Positions 47,615 to 59,582 of a DNA stretch of 64,000 nucleotides are shown piece after piece. The DNA comes from Scyliorhinus canicula (taxonomy: Eukaryota), in the NCBI RefSeq assembly GCF_902713615.1, contig NC_052154.1, forward strand, positions 107,482,016 to 107,546,015, written 5' to 3'. The number at the start of each line of letters is the position of its first letter. Position 1 is the first letter of the stretch. The position numbers were made by a program, and so were the translations under genes. Below the pieces are notes generated by a model. It ran no database searches. It saw only the letters and a list, made by a program, of their open reading frames with translations, and was not told the origin of the DNA.

Positions 47615-48205
47615 GGGCGGGATTCTCTGATCCTGAGGCTAAGTGTTGACGCCGTTGTAAACGGCATCATGTTTTACGACGGCATCAACAGGACCCTAGG
47701 ATTTGTGGTCCTGCTCACAGCATGGCACCAGTACGGCACTCGAGCGACTCACGCAGCTCCAGCTGCCGATACCAGCGTCAAACGGGTGGCACAGGTCTGC
47801 GCATACGCGCTACGGCCGGCGCAAACTCGCACATGTTTCCTTTTCCACACCGGCCTCGATGCAACATTGCAGAGAGCTACAGGGGCCCAGCACGGAGGAA
47901 CATAGGCCCCCACCAGAAGCTGGCCCGCCAATCGGTAGGCCCCGATCGCAGGCCAGGCCACGGTGGAGCCCCCCCCTAGGGTCAGACTCCCATCCTCAGC
48001 AAGCAGCCCCCCACAGTATAAACACCGAGGTCCCACCGGTTGGTCCACGGCACCGAGAATCACGGCGGGGGGGGGGAGGGGACGACCGCTCGACCGGCAC
48101 CAATTGTACGGTGAACGGAGAGTTGGCGGACCGGCGTCGCGTGAATCGCACACCACTCCCCCCGCGCGATTCTCCAACCAAGCCCTGGGTCAGAGAATCC
48201 CACCC
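47615..48205. mobile_element. Harbinger-type MITE (~590 bp) nested in another MITE
   Basis: TIR GGGCGGGATTCTCTGA / TCAGAGAATCCCACCC; perfect TSD CTG. Confidence 0.88.
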
Positions 48206-48328
48206 CTGTGTCTCAGACTTCCATGTGCGGGGGAAAAAAGTTCTGCGTCGCCGGGAATCCCCGATGTCCCCAATTGGAAGTAATACGATAATTTATTTCA
48301 GAAAATTCTACCCTTTTCTCGAACTTAC

Positions 48329-48760
48329 GGCATCTAAAGGAGAACAAGCCTGCACTGTGCAGCCTGTCACTCCCAAACAGACAGAGTCAGATGGATGCAG
48401 GAGAAACATCTTTACGGGGTCGTATATATTTTTTTTAACACCGGAAAGGAGCTACGAGAATCCAAACTGTAAAATCGGACAGCGCTGACAGAAACAAACC
48501 CGAGGTGGTCTCCAGCTGTTGGCGGTTGTGTGGAGCTGGGAACACACACCCAGCACGGCCCGAGCTTTCCCGCTGACTGGCTCCGCACTCGGCTTTTCTC
48601 CCCCTCCGCCGCCGCCGCCGCCGCCCCCGCCCATCAGACTCGCGCTCGCGCCTCCTGCCGTTTGCCGCCCTCTCGCTCTCGGCCGTTTGCCGCTTTTTCA
48701 AAAATAAATCGGCGCTGGCGCGCGGACCCAGCAGCTCCCGCCTCAATCGGCCCCAGAGTA
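48329..48760 (-). promoter_or_regulatory. CpG-island promoter and candidate first exon with a (GCC)n tract
   Basis: Non-TE, CpG-retaining sequence; ~6 CCG units at ~48606-48624; strong donor CC|GTAAGT at 48329/48328. Confidence 0.6.
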
Positions 48761-48785
48761 AAGAGTGGCGGGATTTGATAACCAG

Positions 48786-49443
48786 GGGCGGCATTCTCCC
48801 CTACCCGGCGTGACGGAGGGTCCCGGAGTAGGGGAGTGGCGCCAACCACTCAGGGGTCGCGCCTCCCCAAAGGTGGGGAATTCTCCCCACCTTTGGGGAC
48901 CAGCCCCGAGTTGGAGCGGTTGCCACCAGAAGACCGGCGCAAAAAACCGGCGCCACCGGCAGCGGGGCTAGCGGAAAGGCTTTCGCCAGTCCGCGCATGC
49001 GCCGGCGGTGACGTCAGCGGCAGCTGGCCGCTGATGTCACTGCCGGCGCATGCGCGACGTGGGGTTCTCTTCCGCTTCCGCCATGGCGGAGGCCGTGGTG
49101 GACGCGGAGGAGAAATAGTGCAGCCACAGCACTTGCCCGGAGTCTGAGCCGGGGGCCCCGATCGCGGGCCAGGCCACCGTGTGGGCCCCCCCCCCCCCCC
49201 CCGCGGTTCGATCTCCCCCGTTCCAGAGGTGGTTTAAACCTCGGCGGCGGGAGAGGCCTCCCAGCGGTGGGACTTAGGCCCATCCGGGCCAGAGAATCAC
49301 CGCAGGGGTCTCTGCGGTCGGAGTGGCGAGATTCCGCCGCCGCCACTTCCCGGGTGGCGGAGAATCTCTGCCATGGTGGGGGCGGGATTTTAGGCACCCC
49401 CAGGCGATTCTCCGACCCTGCTGGGGGTCGGAGGATTTCACCC
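48786..49443. mobile_element. Harbinger-type MITE directly upstream of the CpG island
   Basis: GGGCGGCATTCTCC / GGAGGATTTCACCC ends; internal 29-bp-arm hairpin at 48992-49056. Confidence 0.8.
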
Positions 49444-49904
49444 CCTGGGTGGGATTTGCTGGCAGGCGATTTTAAATTTAATTAGGCTGCAGGATGGCTG
49501 GTGGGGATCTATCGCCTTCCATCGTGGGAACCAGCGGCAGGCAGGCCAGGAGGAGGGGGTGTGGGGCAGTATGAGAGGCCAGGAGCACTGGGCGAGACAT
49601 TGGGTGGGATTCTCCATTTGGGAGCCAATGGGCGAGATCTACTGTAGATGCTGGGAGATCCCTCTTCTGGGATGTAACTGGCTCGCAATGCCTCACGAGA
49701 TCGCATTAGATCTCACAAAACTTCTCAATGTGAATCGATGTGATCACTTTGACAAATCTGCATATTAAATTGAGACAGCTCTTCCTACTGTAATATGCAT
49801 TCCCAAGATCCAACCAAACCGTGGAATCTGACCCTTCGCCTTGGAGAAAATTCAGGGCGGGGGGGGGGGGGGGGGGGGGGGGAAGGGGTGAGGTGAGAGA
49901 AAAA

Positions 49905-50351
49905 TGGCGTCCAAGCACTTGCTTCTCAGCTCCAGGGTCCCAGGTTCAATTCTGGGTTGGGTTACTGTCTGTGGAGTCTGGATGTTCTCCCCATGTCTGT
50001 GTGGGTTTCCTCTGGGTGCTCCGGTTTACATAGAACATACAGTGCAGAAGGAGGCCATTCGGCCCACTGAGTCTGCTCTGACCCACTTAAGCCCTCGCTT
50101 CTACCCTATCCCCGTAACCCAATAACCCCTCCTAACCTTTATTTGATCACTAAGAGCAATTTATCATGGCTAATCCACCTAAGAAGCACGTCTTTGGACT
50201 GTGGGAGGAAACCAAAGGACCCGGAGGAAACCCACACAGACACGGGGAGAACATGCAGACTCCGCACAGACAGTGACCCAACAGGGAATTGAACTTGGGA
50301 CCCTAACGCTGTGAAGCCACAGCGCTAATCACTTGTGCTACCGTGCTGCCC
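49905..50351. mobile_element. HE1 SINE 5' fragment (+, 49905-50027) abutting a full HE1 SINE (-, 50028-50351)
   Basis: Similarity to the other HE1 copies. Confidence 0.85.
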
Positions 50352-50490
50352 AAACTTTAAAAACAATTTACAAATGTCATCAAAAGTAAGGTTTCGTGGT
50401 GACTAGGAGCTTTTCCCTGTAACTTTGTTGCAGTGTTAATGTAAGCCTACTTGTGACAACAAAGATTATTATTATATATTTTAAGAATAA

Positions 50491-50761
50491 TGAAGGATTA
50501 ACAATTTACTGTAACTGCATCCAACCACTAGACGGCGATCAAGCGCATAAACTAGGATCACGTGATACTCTTGATTCGGGGAGAAGGATGTTTGGCGAGG
50601 TAGAGAATAGTGTTATCAGGAGCTCTGTATCATAGTTTTAGTGAATCTGTAATCTTTTTAGTAGTAGTGTAAATAAATTAGCTTTGTTCAATACATAGCT
50701 TGATGTTCTTTTGAGACACTACACTTTGAACCCATCCTCATTCAGAAAGCAAAGAACATCA
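50491..50761 (+). mobile_element. Probable solo LTR
   Basis: TGAAGGATT...AACATCA with AATAAA; TSD not resolved. Confidence 0.5.
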
Positions 50762-51700
50762 CAGGAGTGTGCCAGGATAAAAGCATTGTGCATGCTGCCT
50801 GGATAACGTGTGCTCCTTGTGTATAATGTGCAGCCGATGATCGTACATCAACTGCACATTCAGGAAATGGAACCCCTTCCTGGTGCTCTGAGGGCGAAGT
50901 GGTGCCATCAATCGCCACCAAGTCCTGAGGCAAGCCAGTGATGGCAGCAAAACCTGTGACCTGAGTATCCTGTTGGGCTTCATGCCCGGGTGCATTGGGC
51001 ATCCATGACATTGCGGATGCACCTATGCATAGATGTTTGAGAAATTCCGCACAGATCCCCGCTCGAGCCCTGGAAAGATCCAGAGGCATAAAAGTTGAGC
51101 GCAGCCATTAGTTTGATGTCCCCATGAGTGGGTGTCGTCCTCCTCTCACGCATGGTGCCAGATCAGCCATCACCTGTCACAGATGCTGCACATTCACCTT
51201 GCGTAGGTGGAGTCGTTAACACGTGGTGTCTGGCAACTTGTTGAAGGACTAGCACCAACTATAGAAATGCGGCCTCCCCCCACCTCTTCACCCTGTTGGC
51301 CATCTAGCACTTGAGCGTCACTGGCTAGTCCCTGCTGTTCTGGAGTAGGCTCCTGTCGTGCAGGGTCTTGACTGGGTGCTTTCACCACTGTGCATCTGCG
51401 ACGGCAGCAATGTCCAGGTAGGAGGCCAGCATAGCTGGCTGCATCTAAAATCTAACTCTCATCTGTGAGGGGTGGACGAGGAGGGTGGAGCACGAAAGAG
51501 AGGCAGTCAGCAAATTCATGTATCCCTTGACCCTCCATTCTCGCCAATTCCGATGTTCATCATGCGAATGACAGCTGAGCAGCCCTCACCCGCATTCCCG
51601 TTGGCCAGCGCAGCATTGATGAGCTGCTGGACACAACAGGTAGCTTGCACGGTCCCTTACATTGCCCCATGTCCCCTAATGACCTTCGGTCTAGGTGACC
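50762..51700 (-). mobile_element. Harbinger remnant H4 (decayed transposase)
   Basis: GFAAITGLPQDLVAIDGT in ORF 50742-51089. Confidence 0.65.
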
Positions 51701-52543
51701 CTTCCCTTGACCCTTTCAGCAATGGTAAGCCTCAAGTTCCGGTTACAGTGGACAGCCCTGTGCGGCCTCATTGCCATGAGGCTCAAGCCCTGCTTAAGAC
51801 TACCTCTTCCCTGGGCTATGCTTGGACATGCTTGGGGAATAGCTAGATTTGTATTGATGATGGACAGTTAATAGGAGGCTCTAGGCTAGCAGGATTCTGA
51901 GAGAGCACATGCGCTTGCAGAGGCGAGGAAGGATGCCTGATGGATGATCAACGCCTTCTTCCTGACAAGTAGCCACATTCCAAACAGCAGGCCAGCCACT
52001 GAAGGATCTGTCATGTTAACAGTGATCTGGAGCCTAATACTCCCCCCACCCCCTCACCCTTCGACCCCTTCCAGGACATTGACTTGACACCACAGCTCTG
52101 TCCCCATCGCTGAGTTGCACCCGCCCCTTCCTGTGAAAAACCTCTATCCTCACAATCCCCCCCTTTCAAATGAGGAGCCAGTGTCCGCAACAAACGGTGT
52201 TTCCGATGGGATATGTGGCCCTTCTCCCAGGGAGTCGGGGGGGGGGGGGGGGGGGTAGGGGGATGTATCCTCATTGAGTGAGCCTTGTGCCTTCTTGCCA
52301 GAACTGTGACAGCTGCTTGTGAGTTGGAGATGTTCATACTGTGCTGATATGCGCCAAAAACGGTGTGGATCAGTCCGGGGTCGGGCCCCCCCAAACAGCG
52401 CAAATTCGCCAGGCCGCAATGAGCTAGTAGCGGTGTCACGCCATTCGCGACGGCATCGCCCACCACGGACGTGTGGCGTCATTGACGCCAGGTGGCGTTA
52501 CAGCACAAAAGATGCTGCTCCCCTCCCCCGGAGATCCGGCAAG

Positions 52544-54900
52544 ATGGCCACCCGCCGCGCAGCCCCGAGGTTCCAGGAGCGCGACATCGAGGACACAGTA
52601 GAGCAGAGGAGGGAGGCCCTGTACCCCGGACATGGCCGCAGGATTGCCCACGCTCAGCCGGTGCCTGTGGAGGGAGGTGGCAGAGGCCATCAGCTGTAAC
52701 ACCAAGGACAGGCGCACATTGCCACAAAAAGGTGAATGACATTGTCAGGGCAGCCAGGGTGAGTATCCCCCCCCCCCCACCCCCCCCCCCACGATGTGTG
52801 GCACACCCCCAGGTGCAACCAACCTTAACCCTAACCCTAATGTGCTGCGTACCTCTGCCAATATACACACAACCACTGGTCTGCAAGTATATCCCTGGCT
52901 AACACTGTTGCCCTTTATCCCTACCACTCACCCGCCCGCCCCCCCCCCCCCTCCCCACAGGAGAAGCGCGCACGCAACAACAAGGAACATGAGGCAACTG
53001 GAGGGGGCCCAGCTGGTGAGAGACCACTCACCATTCATGAGGAGAGGGCCCTGGACCTGTCAGGTTGCTGATGCAGAGGTCGGGGGCGCACCACCAAGTG
53101 AGACCCCCCCATGACCCGTCCCCATTTTCCCAATATCCCCCTCCCCCCTATCCCCTACCCCATAAGCCCATATCACCCCTCCCCCATATCCCCCCTCCCC
53201 AATATCCCCCCTCCCCCAATTCCCCCGATCACCACCTGCGTGTCTAACCATGTATGCCGTATTGTGTATTGCAGGACCAGGCGCCGAGGCACCCATCCCC
53301 GCGGATGCCGACCGCCCGCAGGACGCCCCAGGGTGGCCACCAGACAAGGACAGGCCCGGAGCAACACGGAGACAACGCACCCGTCTCTTGGTGCGAGTGT
53401 GGCGGCGCAGGCGTGTGACACCCAGTGAGGAAGGGGGCAGCCACAGGCCCCCGTCGCAGCCGAGCCAGGACACCACTACCCAGGACAGCCCTACCCAGGA
53501 CACCACTACCCAGGACACCACTACACAAGACAGCCCTACCCAGGACACCCCTGCCCAGGACAGCCCTACCCGGGACACCACTACCCAGATCTCCCCTACC
53601 TGGGACACCGACACGTATGACACCAAAAGACAGGACAGTTACACACAGCGGATGGGTGGACACGAACCGCCACACCAGGGGACAATGGATTCTGGGTCGG
53701 ACGATGCTCACGACACAACGCCACTGCTGTCTCCAACACCCTCCACCATCACAGAGACACTCACCTCGGTTGGGCACTTTAGTGATGAGGCTTCTAGTTC
53801 ACTCAACACAGCCGTACCGGTACAGCAGGTGGAGGTAGGAGCAGCAGAGAGGCTGGGAGGATGGAGGGCATCCTGGCGCAAGCAAACATCTGCCGCCCAG
53901 ACGGGTCCCGGGTTCCTGGAGTTACCACACCCAGCCATAGACCCGATGCAGTCACCGAACCAGGGACGATCGAAGGGGGGTGACGACCGGCTTGTGGCGG
54001 CTGCAGACGCAGGTGGAGGAGTGCACCCGCGTCCAGGAGCTGGGAGTGGTGCCGGTCATGCGTGCCACCCAGGCTGAAACCGCATGGGTGGCGTCCGCGG
54101 TGGAGGCAATGGGGGCGACGGTGTCAGACATGGGGAGCAGTATGCAAGGCCTGGGCTTTCCGTACAGGCGGTGTCTGTGGCCCAGGACATGGCTGCCCTC
54201 TCACAGGAAGCCATAAGCCAGCTGGCAGAGGCGCTCAACGCCGTGGCCCTGTCTCAGCAGGCCATGGCCCAGTCTCTGCAGGCAGTAGCCCAGTCTCAGC
54301 AGGCAGTGGCCCGTCTCAGCAGGCAGTGGCCCAGTCTCAGCAGGCCATCACTGAGGGCATCGGCGCCATTGCCCATGTGCTGTCCGGCGTCGCCCAGACA
54401 CAGACAGGGATGGCCAACTCCCTGAGTTCCATGGCTGCAAACTTGCAGACCCTTGTCGATACCAGGGCGGGCCTCCAGGACTGGCAGCGCCAGATGTCGG
54501 GGGGGGGCGTTGGATGGCCGGTCCGTTCGCAGCCCCGACCCCTGCAGAGGCCCGGGGGCCATCGGGCACCCCGAGGGAGGAGGAGGTGCTGGGGCCCGTC
54601 CTGGGTCCCCCTGTAGGGGAGGTCCCGGAACACCGTGGCACCTCGGACTCCCCCCTGGCCCCCCCCTTCCGTTCCAGGTGCATCTGGTGGGCAACGGTCA
54701 GGACAGGCCGGCAGCTCGCCATCCCAGTCGCCCGAGGCGCAGCCTGGCCCATCTAGGCAGGCCGCACCAGGAAATGGCCGCCAAAGGGATCCCAAGTCAC
54801 AGGCCAAGAATCACAGGAGTCCACCTCCAGTTCTGCTGTACCGTCTGTGGAACCACCTGGACGTAATCAAAGGGCCTGATAGGCCAAACGATTAGACACT
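52544..54900 (+). pseudogene. Harbinger Myb/SANT-like DNA-binding gene with 3 exons (52544-52758, 52961-53097, 53275-)
   Basis: MATRRAAPRFQERD..LWREVAEAI..CHKKVNDIVRAAR; GT-AG introns; EKRARNNKEHEATGGG. Confidence 0.8.
53466..53609 (+). repeat. 15-bp coding minisatellite (~9.5 units; QDTTT/QDSPT)
   Basis: CAGGACACCACTACC / CAGGACAGCCCTACC units, in frame in ORF 53250-54077. Confidence 0.9.
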
Positions 54901-55479
54901 GAGTAAGTTGGTACGGGTGCAGGGCACAGACAAGTTATAGGACTAGGGCACGTATATGGACTGTTTGTCATTAAAATCACTTTCACACATACTAATTTGC
55001 CTTTGTGTGAGGTGAGCGCCAGTGTGTGTGTGTGTGTGAGGGGTGGTATTACGTCGGTCCCAGGTGAGTATGCCCGCCCTCTCCCCAGGTCGCCCTCGCC
55101 ATCCCCCTAGGCAGAGGACGGGACCGTGTGCTGCAGTGTCACGGCCGCATGCAGGGATGGTCCGGCTGGAGGGTGGTACCGTGGCCATGGGTCAGACATT
55201 GTCCAACGATGTAGAGCCAGGAGCTCATCACAAAGCGGGTCATCATCATCCTCCATGGCATGCAATAGACACGCTTCCACCGGCGACCATGTGAACCCGG
55301 CCCGTTGTGCCGCAGGTGGATGTGCAATGGAGGGGTGGTGTTCATGCGGGTGGGGTGGGGGTGGTTGGTGGTGGGTGGCTGGCAGGGGGGTGAGGGTATT
55401 GGTGGTGGGTGGGTGGGGGGGGTGAGTGTGTTGGTGTATTGGGGGGGTGAGTGTGTTGGTGGTGGGTGGGAGGGGGGAT

Positions 55480-56775
55480 GAGAGTGGTCAGCTGGTGCCG
55501 TGGTGTGCGGCCTGTGCCATACTCGGCGATTCCCATGCCCCCCTAGCTAGTGAACCGTGCGGCTATCAGCCTGTCCCATGCCCGCTCCTCCAGCCAGTCT
55601 GTCCTGACCATTGCCCCCATCCTCCTCATCTGGGGAGGACTGCGTCTCATCCTGCTGCTCCTCAACTCCCCCCTCTTCTGCCTGCAACACATTGCCCCTC
55701 TGCTGGGCGATGTTGTGCAGGACGCAGCACACCACAATGATGTGGCCTACCCTATCTGGCGGGTACTGGAGGACCCCTCCAGAGCGGTCCAGGCTTCTGA
55801 AACGCATTTTTAGCAGGCCAAAGCACCTCTCTATCACACCCCTGGTCGCTGCATCGGCATCATTGTAGCTGTTCTCCACGTCACTGCGTGGCCTCCGTAT
55901 AGGCGTCATCAGCCACGACCGCAACGGGTAACCCCTGTCACCCAGCAACCAGCCACTCAGCCGGGGTGGCGTCCCTCGAACATGCCGGGATGTAAGACTG
56001 CGCGAATACTATGAGTCATGTACACTTCCCGGGTACCGGGCGCAGACGTGCAGGATCATCATGCGGTGGTCGCAGCCCACCTGAATGTTCATGGAGTAGG
56101 TCCCCCTCCTATAAGTGAATACGGCCCTGTTATCTGCAAGTAGCCGCACGGCGATGTGCATCCCATTGTTCGTGCCCTGGACCATGGGAAACCCGGCCAC
56201 GGCAGCGAAGCCCGCTGCCCGGGCATCCTGGCTGGCCCGGTCCATAGGAAACTGGATGTAGCGGTCTGCAATGGAATATAGGGCAACTCTCACTGCCCGG
56301 ATGCACCGATGCCTGCGAGATGCCAGACAGCGCCCCACTCGTCGCCTGGAATGACCCCGTGGCATCCTGTAACCTGTAACCTTGACGGACACGGGGAGAG
56401 GGTGTCCTCCCCCAGTGCCACGCGGTGCCTGGTGTGCTATCAGGTGACAGATGTATGCTACGGTTTCCAGGCTCATCCGGAGTCTCCTCCTGCATGCCCG
56501 GTCCGTGAGGTCCTGGTACGACAAGCGGGACCGGTACACACGGGGCCTCCTCGGGCTTCTCCAACGCCGTGGCACAGCCACCTCCTCCTCCTCGTCCTGT
56601 CGGGCAGGCGGCACTCCAGTCTGGGCGGCTGCCACCTGCCCCTCTGCAGCATGCTTCTCTACGGCAGCCTGCACCGCCCCCCCTGGCACGCTCCTCCTCC
56701 TCCTCCCCCAGGCCAACATGTAGAAGTGCGGCTGCCATGGCAACTAACATCGCTGGCTGATCAGCAAACATAACG
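55480..56775 (-). pseudogene. Harbinger DDE transposase (HARBI1-like family), frameshifted
   Basis: RPRVYRSRLSYQDL..RRLRMS; GFAAVAGFPMVQG; SMNIQVGCD..ARYPGSVHDS; LGDRGYPLRSWLMTP; RGVIERCFGLLKMRF. Confidence 0.92.
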
Positions 56776-57330
56776 GCCTGCAGGGGGTGGGGGAATGACA
56801 ACATGACCTCCCTTGTCCTCTCCCCTCAGCAACGGCACTCGCCCCCCCCCCCCTCCTCAGCACTTGCCCTCTCCCCCCTCCCCGGCACTCGCTCCCTCAC
56901 CCCCCTACACCTCCCCCTCCCCCTCGAACCCCCATCTCACCCCACCCCCCACTCACAGACTGCGGCCACGCCGTCACTTCTCCTGCGGCCACCCCACGCC
57001 GTGACCTAACTCCGCGCTGTCCGGCGTCAACCATGAGCACTGGTTGACACCATTGTATAAGGTGGTTTAATTGGGTCACGCCGGCGGGACTTCGGCCCAT
57101 CCGGCCGGGAGAATTCGGGCAGCCGCGGGGTTCATAGCGTTGCGCCGGTCCCCGCCATTCTACGAGGCAGGCAGCGCAATTCACGTCTCGCTGACTTTTG
57201 GGGGGTCGGAGAATTCGGAGGACGTCAGGGGCGGGATTCACGCCGACCCCCGACGATTCTCCGACCCGGCGGGGGGTCGGAGAATCCCGCCCCAGGTCTC
57301 CTGAGCGTGTCTGTGATTCAGATACATAAT

Positions 57331-57456
57331 GGGCGGGATTCTCTTGCCGCACCCTCCCGGCGATTGGAGCATCCCGTCCGAGGTCAATGGACTTTTCCAT
57401 TGTCCACTGCTTGCCGGTGGTGATCTTACAGCAGACAGGCCAGAAGAATTCAGCCC
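57331..57456. mobile_element. Short Harbinger-type MITE
   Basis: GGGCGGGATTCT / AGAATTCAGCCC ends. Confidence 0.65.
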
Positions 57457-57827
57457 ATACTGTGTGATAAAAATAAGGCTAGGTTGACCTGAAGGACTTG
57501 GAGACATCGCCTGAGCCTTAAGAGAGCTTTAGCTGATTGTCTCAACTGTTACGTTTATACTGCAACAGAGGCTGTGTTTCAGCAGCTACTGGTGCATCTG
57601 TTATTTGTGTGAAGCAAGCTCCTCTAATCGCCTGCTTCGTCTGCTGTGGAACTGTGCATGTAAGGAGTCCAATGATGTGTCCCAGCTTCGAGTGGTCCCG
57701 AGATCCAACTTGATCAGGCTCATCTGTTTGATTCGAATACTGATACAATGGTGAGAGTTTCAAATGGGTGTGGTGGGAAATCTACATGAACTGGAGACCT
57801 TTGAGCTCTCAATGAAGCTGACAACAT

Positions 57828-59582
57828 GGGCGAAATTCACCGCGTACCTACGTGACGCCCATTTCCGGCGGGCAAAAGCGGCGCCGGTGACTCCGACGTC
57901 GCGGCCTGATTTTCGTCCGTAAATCTCCGTTTCCGAAAGGGCCAGCAGCGGACTGACGCTACACGCGTCAGTTTCACCCACTGTGGAAGTGGCGCGTCCC
58001 GGCGTTTGTGTGGGAGGGGGAGAGTACCGCCGTTTGTGTGTAGGGGGGGGGGAGAGTACCGGCGTTTGTATGTGGGGGGGGAGAGTACCGGCATTTCTGT
58101 GGGGGGGGGGAAGTACCGGTGTTTGTGGGGGGGGGGAAGTACCAGTGTTTGTGTGGGGGGGGGAGAAAGGGGGAGGAAGGAGAAAGGGGGAGGGAGGAGA
58201 AAGGGGGAGGGAGGAGAAAGGAGGAGAAAGAGGCCAAGGGGGTGGGGAGGCAGAATTAATCCAAATTCCTGCTTATTTCCTCAGACTCTTCAAAAGGTTG
58301 TTTCTCCCCAGGATTAGAAAAGGTGCCTTGATAATTCACAGTGCAGAACCCTTTCTGTGCTGTGAATTATAAAGGCAGAACCCAGAAACTTTGCCAAAAG
58401 TTTTTCCCTCTCTCTCCGCGCGTTTTTCCTGTTGTTGTGAAACTGACCTGAAATCGCAGAGGCTGAAGCTGAAATAGACAAATCCAGACACATCTCCCAC
58501 CCCGGGATCCCAGCATTTCCCTCTGTATTCTAACCAGGCAATATTCCTGGGTTTAGGCAGATTGCAATATACTCACCAAAGCCCTGCTCTCAGCCAGAGG
58601 ACGGACGGGACTCCCTCTCTCTGTCTCTCTCTCTCTGTCTGTCCCCACAATCTCCCTCTCTATCTCTCAAACAAAGACAAGGCAGCTGGGAGGAAGGGGA
58701 GCCTTGAGGAAGATCTGCTGATGCCCCCATCCAATGGATGCCCGGGGCCAACACACCGTCACCCCCCCCCTCTGCACGCCGCTGCCCCCTACCCCAACCT
58801 CCTACCCCTACCCCCCCACCCCACACCCCCCCACCCCTACCCCCCCACACTCCCCCCACCCCTACCCCCCACAACCCCCCACCCCTACCCCCCACACCCC
58901 TATCCCCCACCCCCCCCACCTGTACCCCTACCCCCCCACCCCTACCCACCCCTACCCCCTCACCCCTACCCCCCCACCCCTACCCCCCCAATCCTACCCC
59001 CCACCCCTACCCCCCCACCCACCCCTACCCCCCCACCCCTACCCCCCCTACCCCCTCCCCTACCCCCCCACCCCTACTCACCCCTACCCCCACCCCTACA
59101 CCCCCACCCCCCCCCACTCCTACCCATCGCTACCCCCTACTCTCTCTCTCCCCCCCACCACCACCCCACAAACGCCGGTACTCTCTCCCCACCACCACCC
59201 CACAAACGCCGGTACTCACTCTACCCACCACCACCCCACCCCCCACACAAACGCCGGTACTCTTCTCCCCCCCGCACTCGATATTGGTAAATGAACGGCG
59301 TCAACCATCATCAATGGTTGACGCCGTTTTAAAGCTACTCTGTTTTTCGCCGGCGTGACCCGTGGCCACGCCGGCGGGAATTCGGCCCATCCGGCACGGA
59401 GAATGTCTGTCTGATAAAAATCAATGACATCCCGCCGGCGCCAGCTGTTTTCAGAGGCTGCCGGCGGGATTTGCACAACGCCGGTTTTTGGCCGCTCGGA
59501 GAATGAAAAACCCGGCTGGAGCAGGAATAACGCCGCCGCCGGCCGATTCTCCGACCCTGCGTGGGGTCAGAGAATTTCGCTC
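57828..59582 (-). mobile_element. Second member of the 31050-33705 family, inverted, with a different internal segment
   Basis: Both termini match the reverse complement of the first copy; flanks CAT/CAG; C-rich CCCCTACCCC array at 58790-59120. Confidence 0.85.

Larger units (their letters stand above)
52330..57292. mobile_element. Harbinger H5: best-preserved two-gene element (Myb-like gene +, transposase -, tail to tail); right TIR present, left TIR not found
   Basis: End GGAGAATCCCGCCC followed by CAG; both genes recognisable but frameshifted. Confidence 0.88.

Noticed and set aside
53466-53609. Possible CRISPR-like array
   Set aside because: Head-to-tail 15-bp units without unique spacers, in a eukaryotic context and in frame in a TE gene.
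55480-56775. Domesticated HARBI1 gene
   Set aside because: Frameshifted, paired with a Myb-like partner and a TIR, and multicopy within the window.
58562-59358. Extensin-like proline-rich ORFs
   Set aside because: Translation of a CCCCTACCCC array inside a non-autonomous transposon.
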